64,000 bases of DNA from Candidatus Gastranaerophilales bacterium (GTDB lineage: Bacteria > Cyanobacteriota > Vampirovibrionia > Gastranaerophilales > Gastranaerophilaceae). The position numbers and the translations under genes are program-made. Location of the stretch: contig CALUTL010000006.1 in the NCBI GenBank assembly GCA_944323655.1, positions 19,950 through 83,949 on the forward strand, in the 5' to 3' direction. The notes under the pieces were generated by a model, which saw only the letters and a list, made by a program, of their open reading frames with translations, was not told the DNA's origin and ran no database searches. Shown piece after piece: positions 8,506 through 18,562 of the stretch. Every line of letters begins with the position of its first letter. Position 1 is the stretch's first letter.

Positions 8506-11283
8506 TTATGCTTTATTGTTTTTAAAGTATTCTACAACCGCATCGGTCATACATTCTGCATAATCTTCCATTAATTCTGGATTTTTCATTCTTTCTCTTC
8601 CTTTGGGGGATACCATAAAGGCAACTTCCCATAAAATGCTCGGTTTGTTTTGTATTTTTTCCATTGTTCTTAAAACATCATAATTCGCTTGTTTTGATTG
8701 TGCGTAATCGGGTTTTCCCTTAAAGATGAATTTGTCTTTCTCAGCTATTGTTTCATTTTGAGGAATCCATTTGTCAAATTTATTCTCCATAATTTGAGCT
8801 AATTTTTTACTTTGAGTTTGTTTTGCATAGTATATTTGAGTTCTGTCTTGTGTCGCTTTGTCGTGTGAATTTACGTGTACGGAGATGAACATGTCTGCTT
8901 TATTGCTTGATTTTTTAAGTTCTGACATAATCAAACGTCTGTGACCTTGTAAAAATATAACTTTTGCACCTTTTGCGCATAATTCATCTTTTAATCTCAT
9001 TCCATTGTCATAGTTTATTAACCATTCATCTTCAAGTCCTTTTAAACCGATAGTTCCTACATCAATACCGCCTTGAGAGTACCCGTGGCCTGCGTTGATG
9101 ATAATCGTTTTTCCGCTGAGAGGGCCTGATTTTGTCGGGTTAAATTCGGCTCTTGTAGCAACTACTTTGCCATTTATTTTGCGTTTTTGTTTTAGAAGAT
9201 TTCTGTTATCAAGTTTTACTACTCCGCTCATATTAACAATTTCAGTGGTTGTGTTGGTTGTTTTATCTACGGTAATCTTCTTTTTGTCAGGTGAAATCGC
9301 AAAGTCACTGTCGTTGTAGATGACTTTTATCTTTTGTCCGGGCGAAATTACACCGTTTTTATCAAGATTGTTGAGCTTGATTAAGTCTTCAAGCTTTACT
9401 CCGACACGTTTTGAGATTGCATATAAGGTGTCTTTCGGTTTTACTGTGTATATAAAACCCGGAATTTCAAGCATTTGACCTTCATTGATTTTGTCTGCGT
9501 CTACAATGTTGTTGACGTCTTTTAAAATTTCAACTGTCAAACCGAATTTTTTAGCTATTCTGAATAAATTTTCACCTTTTTTAACTTTATAACCAAGTTT
9601 CTGGATGTTAAGAACCTGTCCTTCGGAAATTTGATTTTTGTCTTTGATGTTGTTGTTTGCGCATAAAATATTATCGTCAATGTCGTATTGTCTTGATATT
9701 TTCCAAATGGTTTCACCTTTTTGTACGGTGTGTTCTCCGGTTATCGTATAAAGATCTCCGTCTTGGGTAATCTTAACATTTTTACTGTCCAGCATTTTCT
9801 GTAATTTTGATTGATCTTCATCACTCATATTAGATAACAAGTCTTTATTTTCAGTTCTGCTGCATCCTGAAAATAAGTTTAAGAAGCCTAAGATGAAGGC
9901 TCCGAATGATAATAAAAGTCCGGGGAAAGCTTTACCTAATTTTTGCCAAAATCCCTCTTTTGTGGTTTCTGTTTTTTCTTTTGTTTCTTTTGTTTCAACA
10001 GAAGCTTCTTCAGAGCTTTTCAATTTTGTTCCGACTGTTATCATTTTTGTTTCATTAGTTTTAGCTGTTGTGTTTGTTTGTGTATCAACTGCTGCTGAAG
10101 ATTGTGTTTTTGCTCCATTTGCCAAAGCAGTATCCGTCAATATTAACGGTATAATATCTTCTCCTTTTCCTATTTTTTCCGTAATTTCTTTTTGTGCTTT
10201 TAAATTGCTGAGCGGCGGAACGTTTAATTCTGTTCCGAGAATTATGCTGTCAGGGTTGCGGTTTGCTTTTTTGAATTCTTCGTAAAATTCTTTGAAGGTA
10301 ATGTTTCCTTTGTCTTCTATACTGTTATAAGCATCCTGTGCAACTGCATATAAGCCTTTTCCTTTGTATTTATCCGTTACTTTTATTTTTGTGGATTCCG
10401 CACTTCTGGGTTTTATCGAAATTTTACCTGTTTTATAGTTTTCATAGATTTTGTCAAGTTCAACTGTCGGAATATGGTTGTTTTTATGACAGTTTAATGC
10501 TTTTATGTAAAATTTATCTATAACTTTTTTGGCTTCTTCAAGTTCTTTGCCTTTCAAATCTCTTGTTGCAAGAATCATTCTGTTGAAGCTGCGTCTGTAT
10601 AAACCCGCATTTTCTTCTTTTTCAGCGTTTGTTTTTCCTGAGTATACATAATCAAGGTTGTCGATTACGGTTGAATAATCCTTGTTTTTTAAGGCATTCA
10701 TAAGAGTTTTGTTTTGGCTGATTTTTGAAAGTCCTTTGTTGTAGCAAAGGTCAATTAAACCTTCTTTGATTGAATTAGGAAGATTTTCGTAAGTTTTTTT
10801 GCCAATTCTTGCGTTAAGAAGTCTTTTTACTTCTCCTGCGTATTGTTCAATGGTTTCACCAAGATGTTTGTATGCTGTTTCTTGTGTGCGGGGTTTGTTT
10901 GTCAGCTCGCCAAATCCGCAGGTATAATTGTTATAAGTATCTTTATAAGGTGTTGTTACTGCTTCATAATAATAGTAGTTGTCACCTTCATAGTATTTCA
11001 AAAGGTCTATAAGATGGGTTTGTGCGTGCTGAATGGCAGTATTATCATCTTTTAATACTGTCGGTTTATACGGCGCAATCCCTGTGTTTTGGGTTATATT
11101 ATATAAAATTGCTCTCGTGTTTTCATCCCAAAATGTCGGGGTTGATTGTGTTTTCTGGGCTTTGAGAGTTGTTGCAAAAACGACGGGTTTTGTTTTTTTC
11201 GTTTTTGTCGATGTAACTTTTTTATCTTTATCTGTTTCTTCTAATCCCAATAATGTATTATTTGATATGGTTATGGTTAACAT
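8506..11283 (-). CDS. multidomain peptidoglycan hydrolase: lysozyme-like N-domain, TM segment, LysM repeats, C-terminal N-acetylmuramoyl-L-alanine amidase (Amidase_3-like)
   Basis: 925 aa. The N-terminal part has a phage-lysozyme-like pattern (YYEGDNYYYY...CGFGE...GLIDLCYNKG...GLYRRSFNRM). A hydrophobic segment (LLLSFGAFILGFLNLF) follows. There are at least 3 LysM units (e.g. YTVKPKDTLYAISKRVGVKLEDLIKLNNL). The C-terminus reads IIINAGHGYSQGGIDVG...DMFISVHVNSH. Confidence 0.85.
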   Translation of the reverse strand: MLTITISNNTLLGLEETDKDKKVTSTKTKKTKPVVFATTLKAQKTQSTPTFWDENTRAILYNITQNTGIAPYKPTVLKDDNTAIQHAQTHLIDLLKYYEGDNYYYYEAVTTPYKDTYNNYTCGFGELTNKPRTQETAYKHLGETIEQYAGEVKRLLNARIGKKTYENLPNSIKEGLIDLCYNKGLSKISQNKTLMNALKNKDYSTVIDNLDYVYSGKTNAEKEENAGLYRRSFNRMILATRDLKGKELEEAKKVIDKFYIKALNCHKNNHIPTVELDKIYENYKTGKISIKPRSAESTKIKVTDKYKGKGLYAVAQDAYNSIEDKGNITFKEFYEEFKKANRNPDSIILGTELNVPPLSNLKAQKEITEKIGKGEDIIPLILTDTALANGAKTQSSAAVDTQTNTTAKTNETKMITVGTKLKSSEEASVETKETKEKTETTKEGFWQKLGKAFPGLLLSFGAFILGFLNLFSGCSRTENKDLLSNMSDEDQSKLQKMLDSKNVKITQDGDLYTITGEHTVQKGETIWKISRQYDIDDNILCANNNIKDKNQISEGQVLNIQKLGYKVKKGENLFRIAKKFGLTVEILKDVNNIVDADKINEGQMLEIPGFIYTVKPKDTLYAISKRVGVKLEDLIKLNNLDKNGVISPGQKIKVIYNDSDFAISPDKKKITVDKTTNTTTEIVNMSGVVKLDNRNLLKQKRKINGKVVATRAEFNPTKSGPLSGKTIIINAGHGYSQGGIDVGTIGLKGLEDEWLINYDNGMRLKDELCAKGAKVIFLQGHRRLIMSELKKSSNKADMFISVHVNSHDKATQDRTQIYYAKQTQSKKLAQIMENKFDKWIPQNETIAEKDKFIFKGKPDYAQSKQANYDVLRTMEKIQNKPSILWEVAFMVSPKGRERMKNPELMEDYAECMTDAVVEYFKNNKA

Positions 11284-11445
11284 ATTTAACTCCCAAATAT
11301 TTAATATCCCCTGTGTATATATAAAGTATTTAATTTAATAAAGATTGATATTTTTTTTGATTGAATTTAATATTTGTTTACATTTAAGGTTTATTAGAAT
11401 AAAATTGTATTGTAAGACAGACAGTTTGAGTGATTTAATAAGATT

Positions 11446-12087
11446 ATGAAGAATTTGGCAGTTGATGCATTGAGGAATGTACCTTTATTAAACAAATATT
11501 ATACACATCCCGAAATGAGAGCAAAAGCAGTGGTTGTGCTTGGAAGTTCAAAAACAACCGAACCGTTGATGAAATATATGGATTTATGCTCTAAAACCAC
11601 AAAAGATTTGGTGAATCAGGGTTATAATATTGTAACAGGCTGCGGCACAAGAGGAATTATGGGGGCTGCATATAATGCGGCAAGGGAAAGTTCGGCTTTG
11701 AATTTAAAAGGAAAACCTGTTCAAAACCTTAGTATAGTTGTAAACCCGCTTTGGGGTGATGAAAACCTTAAGGATTGTCTGCTTATCGGAAAAGCGGGTT
11801 CGGAATCCGAAAGGATAGTTAAATTTACAAAAGTTGCGGATAATTTTGTTATTTTTCCGGGCGGGACAACTACTTTTCAGGAGGCTGCAACTTTGATTCG
11901 GCTTAATGTTCACTCATTAGAAAGCGGGGTTAAAAAGATTGTGCTTGTCGGAAAGGAGTTTTTCGCAGGATTAAAACAGCAATACGAAAATATGGCAAAT
12001 ATGGGACTTTTGAGTAAAAAACCTGAGGAAATTTTTAAGATTTTGTCTGAAAAACAAGAGATTGTTAATGAAATAGTGAAGAAATAA
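11446..12087 (+). CDS. LOG-family (TIGR00730-like) Rossmann protein
   Basis: IVTGCGTRGIMGAAYNAA and FPGGTTTFQEAATL match the LOG family PGGxGTxxE signature. Confidence 0.75.
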   Translation: MKNLAVDALRNVPLLNKYYTHPEMRAKAVVVLGSSKTTEPLMKYMDLCSKTTKDLVNQGYNIVTGCGTRGIMGAAYNAARESSALNLKGKPVQNLSIVVNPLWGDENLKDCLLIGKAGSESERIVKFTKVADNFVIFPGGTTTFQEAATLIRLNVHSLESGVKKIVLVGKEFFAGLKQQYENMANMGLLSKKPEEIFKILSEKQEIVNEIVKK

Positions 12088-12095
12088 CAATAAAG

Positions 12096-12121
12096 GCGCG
12101 GATTTGTTTACAAATCCGCGC
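12096..12121. terminator. bidirectional intrinsic terminator
   Basis: Perfect 11-bp GC-rich stem GCGCGGATTTG / CAAATCCGCGC with loop TTTA, between convergent genes. Confidence 0.75.
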
Positions 12122-12150
12122 AGCTCTTTGATAAAAAAATGATTTTACTA

Positions 12151-13182
12151 TTATTTTAACTGATTGTATTCTTTATCGGAAACCTTTTCAAGCCATTCTG
12201 TCGTGCCGCCTTCCGAAGGAACTTCCACTGCAAGATGACTAAACCAGCTATTTGGTGCGGCACCATGCCAGTGTTTAACTTCAGGGCTAATGTTTACAAC
12301 ATCTCCTGCTTTAAGTTCTTGTGCAGGTTTTCCCCATTCCTGATAGTAGCCTCTTCCTTGTACTACAATTAAAATTTGACCGCCTTTATGATGTATATGC
12401 CAGTCGTTGCGGCATCCGGGTTCAAAGGTTACGTTTGCAATTTTTACACCCTCTGTTGTCAGCGGATTTAGATAGCTTTGCCCGACAAAATATTTTGCAT
12501 AAGCCGTATTCGCTTCTCCTGTTGCAAACATTTCATTTTTCGGTGCGCTTGCTATTTCAAGAATTTCAGCGATTTGGTCGTCTTTAAGCCCTGTGTTTTT
12601 GCCCATTTGTATATGAGAATTAAGCTGAGATTCCGTACCTTTCATTGAGGCAAGAGCTGAAATAGTCGCAATTTCTCTCTCCTTATGGGTTAGAACTCCC
12701 CTTGCAAATATGTCTGCAAAAAGATGTTCCTTTAAATACTGATCAATTGCAGGCGCAAATTCAAATAACTTGCCTGTCACGTGATCTCCTGTTAATTCAA
12801 CTTGAATTTTGTCACCGTATGCAAATTTGTCTGTGCCGGAAGGCAAAACTTTTCCTTCTTCTCCTGTTTTGTCGTTTTTGTCTTTGCGTTCTTCCGTAAC
12901 CTTCATAAAGGCTGAAAGCCCGTTCAAGCTTCTTGGAAAGCCGCAGTATGCATAAAGTTGAACCAGAATTTCTTTTATTTCATTTACCGTTAAACCGTTG
13001 TCTAAGCCTGTATTTAACTCTCTTTCAAGGCTTTTAATATCTCCGGCTGCCGTGTAAGATGAAATTTTTGCAATGCTTGCTTCTTTTTTATTTAATGCTT
13101 CTTTCGACATACAAAATCCTCCTGTACATAAATTTATTGCCAGTAATAATAATGTTACGCTTAAAATTCTTCTTAAATTCAT
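12151..13182 (-). CDS. secreted carboxymuconolactone-decarboxylase-family (CMD) plus cupin domain protein
   Basis: Signal-like N-terminus. Two CMD-like segments (EIKEILVQLYAYCGFPRSLNGL; HKEREIATISALASMKG). The C-terminal cupin reads WHIHHKGGQILIVVQGRGYYQEWG...VKHWHGA. Confidence 0.75.
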   Translation of the reverse strand: MNLRRILSVTLLLLAINLCTGGFCMSKEALNKKEASIAKISSYTAAGDIKSLERELNTGLDNGLTVNEIKEILVQLYAYCGFPRSLNGLSAFMKVTEERKDKNDKTGEEGKVLPSGTDKFAYGDKIQVELTGDHVTGKLFEFAPAIDQYLKEHLFADIFARGVLTHKEREIATISALASMKGTESQLNSHIQMGKNTGLKDDQIAEILEIASAPKNEMFATGEANTAYAKYFVGQSYLNPLTTEGVKIANVTFEPGCRNDWHIHHKGGQILIVVQGRGYYQEWGKPAQELKAGDVVNISPEVKHWHGAAPNSWFSHLAVEVPSEGGTTEWLEKVSDKEYNQLK

Positions 13183-13329
13183 AAGTTTCTCCTTTAATTT
13201 ATTAAAATTTTAACATCTGATAGCAGCTCTCAGTCAAGATTTGGTTTGGCGGGCAATTTACATATTTGAAAGTTTGTAAAAAGAAAAGTATTATTTAATC
13301 AGACAGAAAATATTTTAGGGAGATTTTAC

Positions 13330-13953
13330 ATGGATACGCAAATTTTAAGCAAAATGTCATACGGGGTTTATGTAGTTTCGTCCGTGTGCGGGGATAAACC
13401 TGAAGGATGTATCGTAAATAGTGCAATTCAGGTTACTTATGATACGATTGCCGTAAGTGTTCATCATTCAAATTTTACCCACAAATGTATAGATGAGTCC
13501 GGAAAATTTGCTTTATCAATTCTCGGAGTTGATACGGATGAAAATGTTATTCCTGTTTTCGGGTTTCAGTCCGGAAAAAATGTCGATAAATTTCAAAATT
13601 TTAAGTATAAAATAGTTAACGGGCTTCCGATTCTTGAAGATACAATCGGATACATCGTTTGTCAGGTAATCGGAAAATTGGAAACCGATACCCATACGAT
13701 ATTTTTAGGTAAAATAATTGATACTAAAATGCTTAAAGAGGATATTCCGATGACTTATGCATACTATCATGCCGTCAAAAAAGGTTTAAGCCCTAAAAAT
13801 GCCCCGACTTACAGGGAAGAAAAACCTCAAAATAAACTTGCTTACCGCTGTAAAATCTGCGGATATATTTATGAAGGCGATATTACAAAAGAACCTGATA
13901 CTTATGTTTGTCCGATTTGCAAAAAAGGTAAAGAATTTTTTGAGAAAATTTAG
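13330..13953 (+). CDS. flavin reductase-like domain fused to rubredoxin
   Basis: N-terminal YGVYVVSS...GCIVNSAIQVT (flavin reductase-like). The C-terminal YRCKICGYIYEGD...YVCPICKKGKEFF carries two CxxC rubredoxin knuckles. Confidence 0.8.
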   Translation: MDTQILSKMSYGVYVVSSVCGDKPEGCIVNSAIQVTYDTIAVSVHHSNFTHKCIDESGKFALSILGVDTDENVIPVFGFQSGKNVDKFQNFKYKIVNGLPILEDTIGYIVCQVIGKLETDTHTIFLGKIIDTKMLKEDIPMTYAYYHAVKKGLSPKNAPTYREEKPQNKLAYRCKICGYIYEGDITKEPDTYVCPICKKGKEFFEKI

Positions 13954-14020
13954 TTTTATTTAAAGTTTTAATTTTTTGTAAACAAAAGCTGTAAACTTTG
14001 GTTTATGATAAAATAAGTAC

Positions 14021-14749
14021 ATGTTTGAAGAAAGAATTCAAGTTAAATATTCTGAAATGGATTATAAACAGGCTGTAAAGCCTTCGGCAATATTAAACTT
14101 TTTTCAGGATATGGCAAGCAAAAACGCTGAAAATTTAGGGTTTGGATATTCTTTTATTACAAAGAAAAATCTTGCCTGGTTTTTACTTAAATACAGAATA
14201 GAATTTGTGAAATATCCCGCAGAGGTTTGTAATCTGACTTTAAAAACACAACCGAGAGGATATAATAAGATTTTTGCATTTCGTAATTTTGAAATATGCA
14301 ACGGGCAGGAATTACTTGCAAGAGCTTCCAGCTGCTGGGCTTTAGTGAATACCGCAACCGGCAAAATGGCAAATATCGGTGAAGCACTTGAATTTAACCC
14401 CGGTATGCCGCCATATCAAAAACAAAATGAAGATTTGGATTTTGAAAAAATTTCAATACCACAGAAAATTGATGTTGAATCGGTTTTTGAGATTAGATAC
14501 GACGATATAGATGTTAATTGTCATGCAAATAACTGCAATTATATAATTTGGGCATTAGAGCCTTTGGGGTTTGATTTTAGAAGCTCGCATTGTATAAAGA
14601 CAATGGATATAATATTTAAAAAAGAGATTAAATATGGCAGTAAAGTTCTGTCACAAGTAGAAATAATTAATGAAACCAATACTTTGCATATATTGAAAAA
14701 TGCCGATACAGGTGAAGAATTGTGCTTAATTAATATAATTTGGAGTTAA
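14021..14749 (+). CDS. acyl-ACP thioesterase family protein
   Basis: 242 aa with a double hot-dog layout. The N-terminal VKYSEMDYKQAVKPSAILNFFQDMASKNAENLGFG...LAWFLLKYRIEF pattern is typical of FatA/B-like acyl-ACP thioesterases. Confidence 0.7.
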   Translation: MFEERIQVKYSEMDYKQAVKPSAILNFFQDMASKNAENLGFGYSFITKKNLAWFLLKYRIEFVKYPAEVCNLTLKTQPRGYNKIFAFRNFEICNGQELLARASSCWALVNTATGKMANIGEALEFNPGMPPYQKQNEDLDFEKISIPQKIDVESVFEIRYDDIDVNCHANNCNYIIWALEPLGFDFRSSHCIKTMDIIFKKEIKYGSKVLSQVEIINETNTLHILKNADTGEELCLINIIWS

Positions 14750-14755
14750 AAATAA

Positions 14756-15262
14756 ATGATAACGATAGTAAAAGTTGAAAAAAAAGATATAAAAGAGCTT
14801 GCAGCACTTGCAAAAGAAATATGGTTTGAGTATTGGGATTCTCTTCTGACGCTTGGTCAGATATATTATATGGTTAATAAATTTCAATCTGAAATTGCGA
14901 TTAATGAACAAATTGAACACGAAAATTATTCATATTATTTTATATTGGAAAACGGTGTTAAAATAGGATATTTTGGAGTAGCGCCGCAGGAAGATTATTT
15001 GTTTTTATCAAAAATTTATATATCGAAAAACTCTCGTTATAAAGGTTTTGGGCATATAGCTTTTGAAATAATTAAAAAAATTGCTCTAAATAACGATTTA
15101 AATAAAATTCATCTTACCGTTAACAAGCAAAACATAAAGACAATTCAAATATATGAAAAATGGGGATTTAAAACATTACATTCTTTAGTTACAAATATCG
15201 GAAACGGTTATCAAATGGATGATTATTTGATGGAATATGAAATAAAAGAGGAAGAAGATTAA
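14756..15262 (+). CDS. GNAT-family N-acetyltransferase
   Basis: 168 aa. IYISKNSRYKGFGHIAFEII matches the acetyl-CoA binding motif A (R/Q-x-x-G-x-G/A). Confidence 0.8.
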   Translation: MITIVKVEKKDIKELAALAKEIWFEYWDSLLTLGQIYYMVNKFQSEIAINEQIEHENYSYYFILENGVKIGYFGVAPQEDYLFLSKIYISKNSRYKGFGHIAFEIIKKIALNNDLNKIHLTVNKQNIKTIQIYEKWGFKTLHSLVTNIGNGYQMDDYLMEYEIKEEED

Positions 15263-15840
15263 TGTTTAAAGTAGTTGCAATAAACGGAAGTCCCAGAGAG
15301 GGCGGGAATACGGAAATAATGCTAAATGCGGCATTAGAACCTTTAAAAGAAGCTGGAGTTGAAACAAAAATTATACAGGTAGGCGGGAAAAACATTCATG
15401 GCTGCCGCGGCTGCTGGGCTTGCGGTAAAACTGCAAACAGAAAATGTGTTTTTAATGATGATATAGTGAATGATATTTTAGAGGACTTGTTCAGTGCAGA
15501 CGCAATAATTTTCGGAACCCCTTCATATTACGGCAATATGACTCCCGAATTAAAAGCCCTGATTGACAGAGCTGGAATTGTAGCTTCTGCAAACGGCAAA
15601 TTATTCAGACATAAAGTCGGGGCTGCCGTTATTGCCGAAAGAAGAGGGGGCGGAAGTTTTATTCAGGCAAGCATTCACGAAATGATGCTTATGAATGAAA
15701 TGATAATCCCGGGTTCTACCTATTGGAACTTCGGTTTTGGGCGCAATAAAGGTGAAGTCAGCGAAGATGCCGAGGCTATGGCTAATATGAAAAATCTTGG
15801 TGAAAATATCCTTATGCTTATTCAAAAATTGAATGCTTAA
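15262..15840 (+). CDS. NADPH-dependent FMN reductase / iron-sulfur flavoprotein-like
   Basis: MFKVVAINGSPREGGNTEIML plus the compact Cys cluster HGCRGCWACGKTANRKC. Its start overlaps the stop of the GNAT gene (TAATG). Confidence 0.8.
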   Translation: MFKVVAINGSPREGGNTEIMLNAALEPLKEAGVETKIIQVGGKNIHGCRGCWACGKTANRKCVFNDDIVNDILEDLFSADAIIFGTPSYYGNMTPELKALIDRAGIVASANGKLFRHKVGAAVIAERRGGGSFIQASIHEMMLMNEMIIPGSTYWNFGFGRNKGEVSEDAEAMANMKNLGENILMLIQKLNA

Positions 15841-15864
15841 ATCCTTAGCCCTTGTCGGGTTTTG

Positions 15865-16515
15865 TTATTTCAAAAATTCAAGGATATCAGAAGGTTTGTG
15901 AGCTATTAATTTTGCACCGTTGGCTTTGAGGAATTTTTCGTCTTTATATCCCCAGACAACGCTTATACAATCTAAACCGCTGTTTTTTGCGGTTTCGATA
16001 TCAACTTCGGAATCTCCTATGTAAAAAGTTTTATTTTTGTCACAATCTAAAACTTTCATAGCCTTTAAAACACTGTCAGGGTAAGGTTTTTTTCTAATCC
16101 CTTCGGCTTCCGATTCTCCAATCGCAAGTTCAACTTTATCGTTAAAATAATTTTTGCACAATTCTTTTACTGCCAAATCAAATTTGTTTGAAACAACTCC
16201 GATTTTATATCCCCGAAGTTTCAAATCTTCAAGCATTTCTAAAATCCCGTCAAAAGGTTTTGTTTTATTGTACATGTTTAATGCATAATGCTCTTTAAAA
16301 CAATTTAAACAACTGTCAAAATCCTTGTTTTTATCACCATCGGGCAAGGCGCGTTCCATCAAAAGCCGAACGCCGTTACCAACAAAAACCCGAATTTCTT
16401 CTAAAGTTCTTTTGGGGTATCCGAATTTTTCAAGTGCAAAATTTACACTGTCTTTCAAATCTTCAAGCGTGTATAAAAGTGTTCCGTCTAAATCAAAAAT
16501 TGCACCCTTTTCCAT
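15865..16515 (-). CDS. HAD-superfamily phosphatase (phosphoglycolate phosphatase-like)
   Basis: MEKGAIFDLDGTLLYT (DxDGT motif I), VVSNK (motif II), YIGDSEVD (motif IV). The Met at 16515 is preferred over the track start at 16545. Confidence 0.85.
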   Translation of the reverse strand: MEKGAIFDLDGTLLYTLEDLKDSVNFALEKFGYPKRTLEEIRVFVGNGVRLLMERALPDGDKNKDFDSCLNCFKEHYALNMYNKTKPFDGILEMLEDLKLRGYKIGVVSNKFDLAVKELCKNYFNDKVELAIGESEAEGIRKKPYPDSVLKAMKVLDCDKNKTFYIGDSEVDIETAKNSGLDCISVVWGYKDEKFLKANGAKLIAHKPSDILEFLK

Positions 16516-16561
16516 AACAAAATTATTATAAAATATAAAACTCAATAAGTGAATAAAAAAT

Positions 16562-17095
16562 TTATTCTTTGTATTTTCTTTTCATAATAACTTTGCCGTT
16601 TTCGTCATAGCCGTTTTCTCTAACCCAGTGTGCAATAAGTTTTCCTGCCGGATTAAATATAAAAGTTTCTGCTTTCGAAACTCTAAGACTCATATTAACA
16701 AGCTTTCCTTCAGTGTCGTATTTGTAAGCCTTAAACGGATATTCTGCCCGATCTTTAACCTCAATATGAGTTAGGATTCCTTCTTCTGAATAATACCAGA
16801 CGTTTAAAGGGTTGTCTTTATACATAACCGCATAGGAATTGTCTGAAAATAACGCTAAAACTCTATCCGTTAAAGTTATGTTTGCTTTTAAAAGTGCTGT
16901 CCGATTTTCTTTGTAATTTTCATCGGCAATGTGTGTCAGAATTGTTAACCCGTCAGGCTCAGGAAGTTCTTCTTTTAAAAGAGCTCCTCTTGCTTCCTCC
17001 GTTGTATATTGAACTCCGCCTGTCAAAACTTTTTCAGCATTTGCAGGAAGTACTGTTAATAAAGTTAAAAATAAAATAACCAAAAATCTTTTCAT
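16562..17095 (-). CDS. secreted hypothetical protein
   Basis: Signal peptide MKRFLVILFLTLLTVLPANA. No family recognised. Confidence 0.6.
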   Translation of the reverse strand: MKRFLVILFLTLLTVLPANAEKVLTGGVQYTTEEARGALLKEELPEPDGLTILTHIADENYKENRTALLKANITLTDRVLALFSDNSYAVMYKDNPLNVWYYSEEGILTHIEVKDRAEYPFKAYKYDTEGKLVNMSLRVSKAETFIFNPAGKLIAHWVRENGYDENGKVIMKRKYKE

Positions 17096-17219
17096 TACAA
17101 TTAATTTTAATAATCAAAACAGATTTTGTCAAATTTCAAAAAATAATCTTTTAATAACCTGTGTGTGTAATGTTTTTTTTACAGATAAATATTATAAGTA
17201 ATTTAAGAGAGAGAAAAAA

Positions 17220-17411
17220 ATGAAAATTTATCCCGTAAATCAAGTACACAAAAACACATTTAAAGGTAAAAATTTTACGACAAAAAAACTTCAATCTAAC
17301 ACAAAAGATTTTTTTGAAGCGGCGGGTGTTGTCTGCGTAACAAGTATTCCAATGTTTTTATATCTTTTGGCGTATCATTTGTATGAAAAACATATTAAAA
17401 AAAGAAAATAA
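17220..17411 (+). CDS. small hypothetical membrane protein
   Basis: 63-aa ORF with one hydrophobic helix (AAGVVCVTSIPMFLYLLAY), preceded by AGAGAGAGAAAAAA. Confidence 0.4.
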   Translation: MKIYPVNQVHKNTFKGKNFTTKKLQSNTKDFFEAAGVVCVTSIPMFLYLLAYHLYEKHIKKRK

Positions 17412-17479
17412 CTTAAAAAAAAGACCTTGCAAAAATATGCAAAGTCTTTAATTTTATAAATATCAATGTAAGTTATTAA

Positions 17480-18028
17480 CTATACGCAAGCAAATTCTTT
17501 GTTTTCAGAATTTACGCTGCAGAAATTGTAATCAGAACCATTTTGTTCATAATATCTGCGACCGTCAATAACAAGTTCGTTGCACTGATTTAAAGTTGTT
17601 AATGAAAGGTTTTTAGCAACTTTAGAGTCTACAATAAGCGTATTTACGTGGAAGTTTTTCGGCAACTGTTCAATTTTAGTTCCTGAAATGTTGAATACGT
17701 TAGTTCTGATTTCAGTGTTTAATTTTTCAACAGTTGATTTTTCCATGTTTAACCAGCCTGTGTAAATGTGTTCAGGCAATTTTTTAACTTTTGCACCAGC
17801 CATATTAACGCGGTCTGCATCAATAGGAGTTGCAAAATTTTTGATTTCAGCGCCTGTCATATTGATTTCTTGGCTAACCCAGCCGATAGTCAATTTGTCA
17901 ATAACGCATTTTGAAAGGTTTAAGTTACCTTCAATGTTTCCAAGTTCCAAATGTTTGATTGTGCAACCTGACAAGTCTAAATCACCGCCGTTATAGTTGC
18001 TGAGAATTTGTTCGTAGTCTTTTTTCAT
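17480..18028 (-). CDS. hypothetical repeat protein (beta-helix-like ~20-aa repeats)
   Basis: 182 aa with recurring L/I-x-N-M/I-x-G-x-K-I/V-x-x-L units. SD AAGGAGG upstream. Confidence 0.6.
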   Translation of the reverse strand: MKKDYEQILSNYNGGDLDLSGCTIKHLELGNIEGNLNLSKCVIDKLTIGWVSQEINMTGAEIKNFATPIDADRVNMAGAKVKKLPEHIYTGWLNMEKSTVEKLNTEIRTNVFNISGTKIEQLPKNFHVNTLIVDSKVAKNLSLTTLNQCNELVIDGRRYYEQNGSDYNFCSVNSENKEFACV

Positions 18029-18562
18029 AATTAACCTCCTTGTTAAGTAAGTGATTTAAATATAGTTTAGTTTTTTTTTAATGACATCCTCTATATAAAT
18101 GTTTTTTTATTTTCATTAAAATTTTTTATCTTTTTTGAATTTTATATTGATAATTTAACATCAAGTTTTTAAAAAGAAAATTTTTTAAAAAAAGTTAATA
18201 AAAATTTTAAATATAATATTGGTGTTAATTCTTGATTTACTTGAATTTTATTAAATTAAAAAAATGAAAATTTTTTAATTTTTTTTTGCAATTTTTTTAT
18301 AAAATTATTTTAAATTTTTAAATTTGAATTTAAGTAAAAAAAATAAAAAAGAAAAAATAATTTAAAAAGGATAAAAAATTAAATATAAATTTATGTAAAT
18401 AACTTTATTTTTTATTTTTTTTATATTAAAATTAATTAAAATTTTAAGCGTTTTTTTGTTGGAAAAAAAATATAATCAAAACAGGTCTTGTTGTAGAATA
18501 GCTAAAAACAAAATATTTGTTTTAAATAAAATAGAGTGTGGAAATAAGCATTAGGGTAAAAA

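Noticed and set aside
18029-18562. AT-only tract as the chromosomal replication origin
   Set aside because: No cluster of DnaA-box-like 9-mers was seen (one partial TTATCC only). There is no dnaA or dnaN nearby, and dnaB lies 39 kb away and is unrelated.
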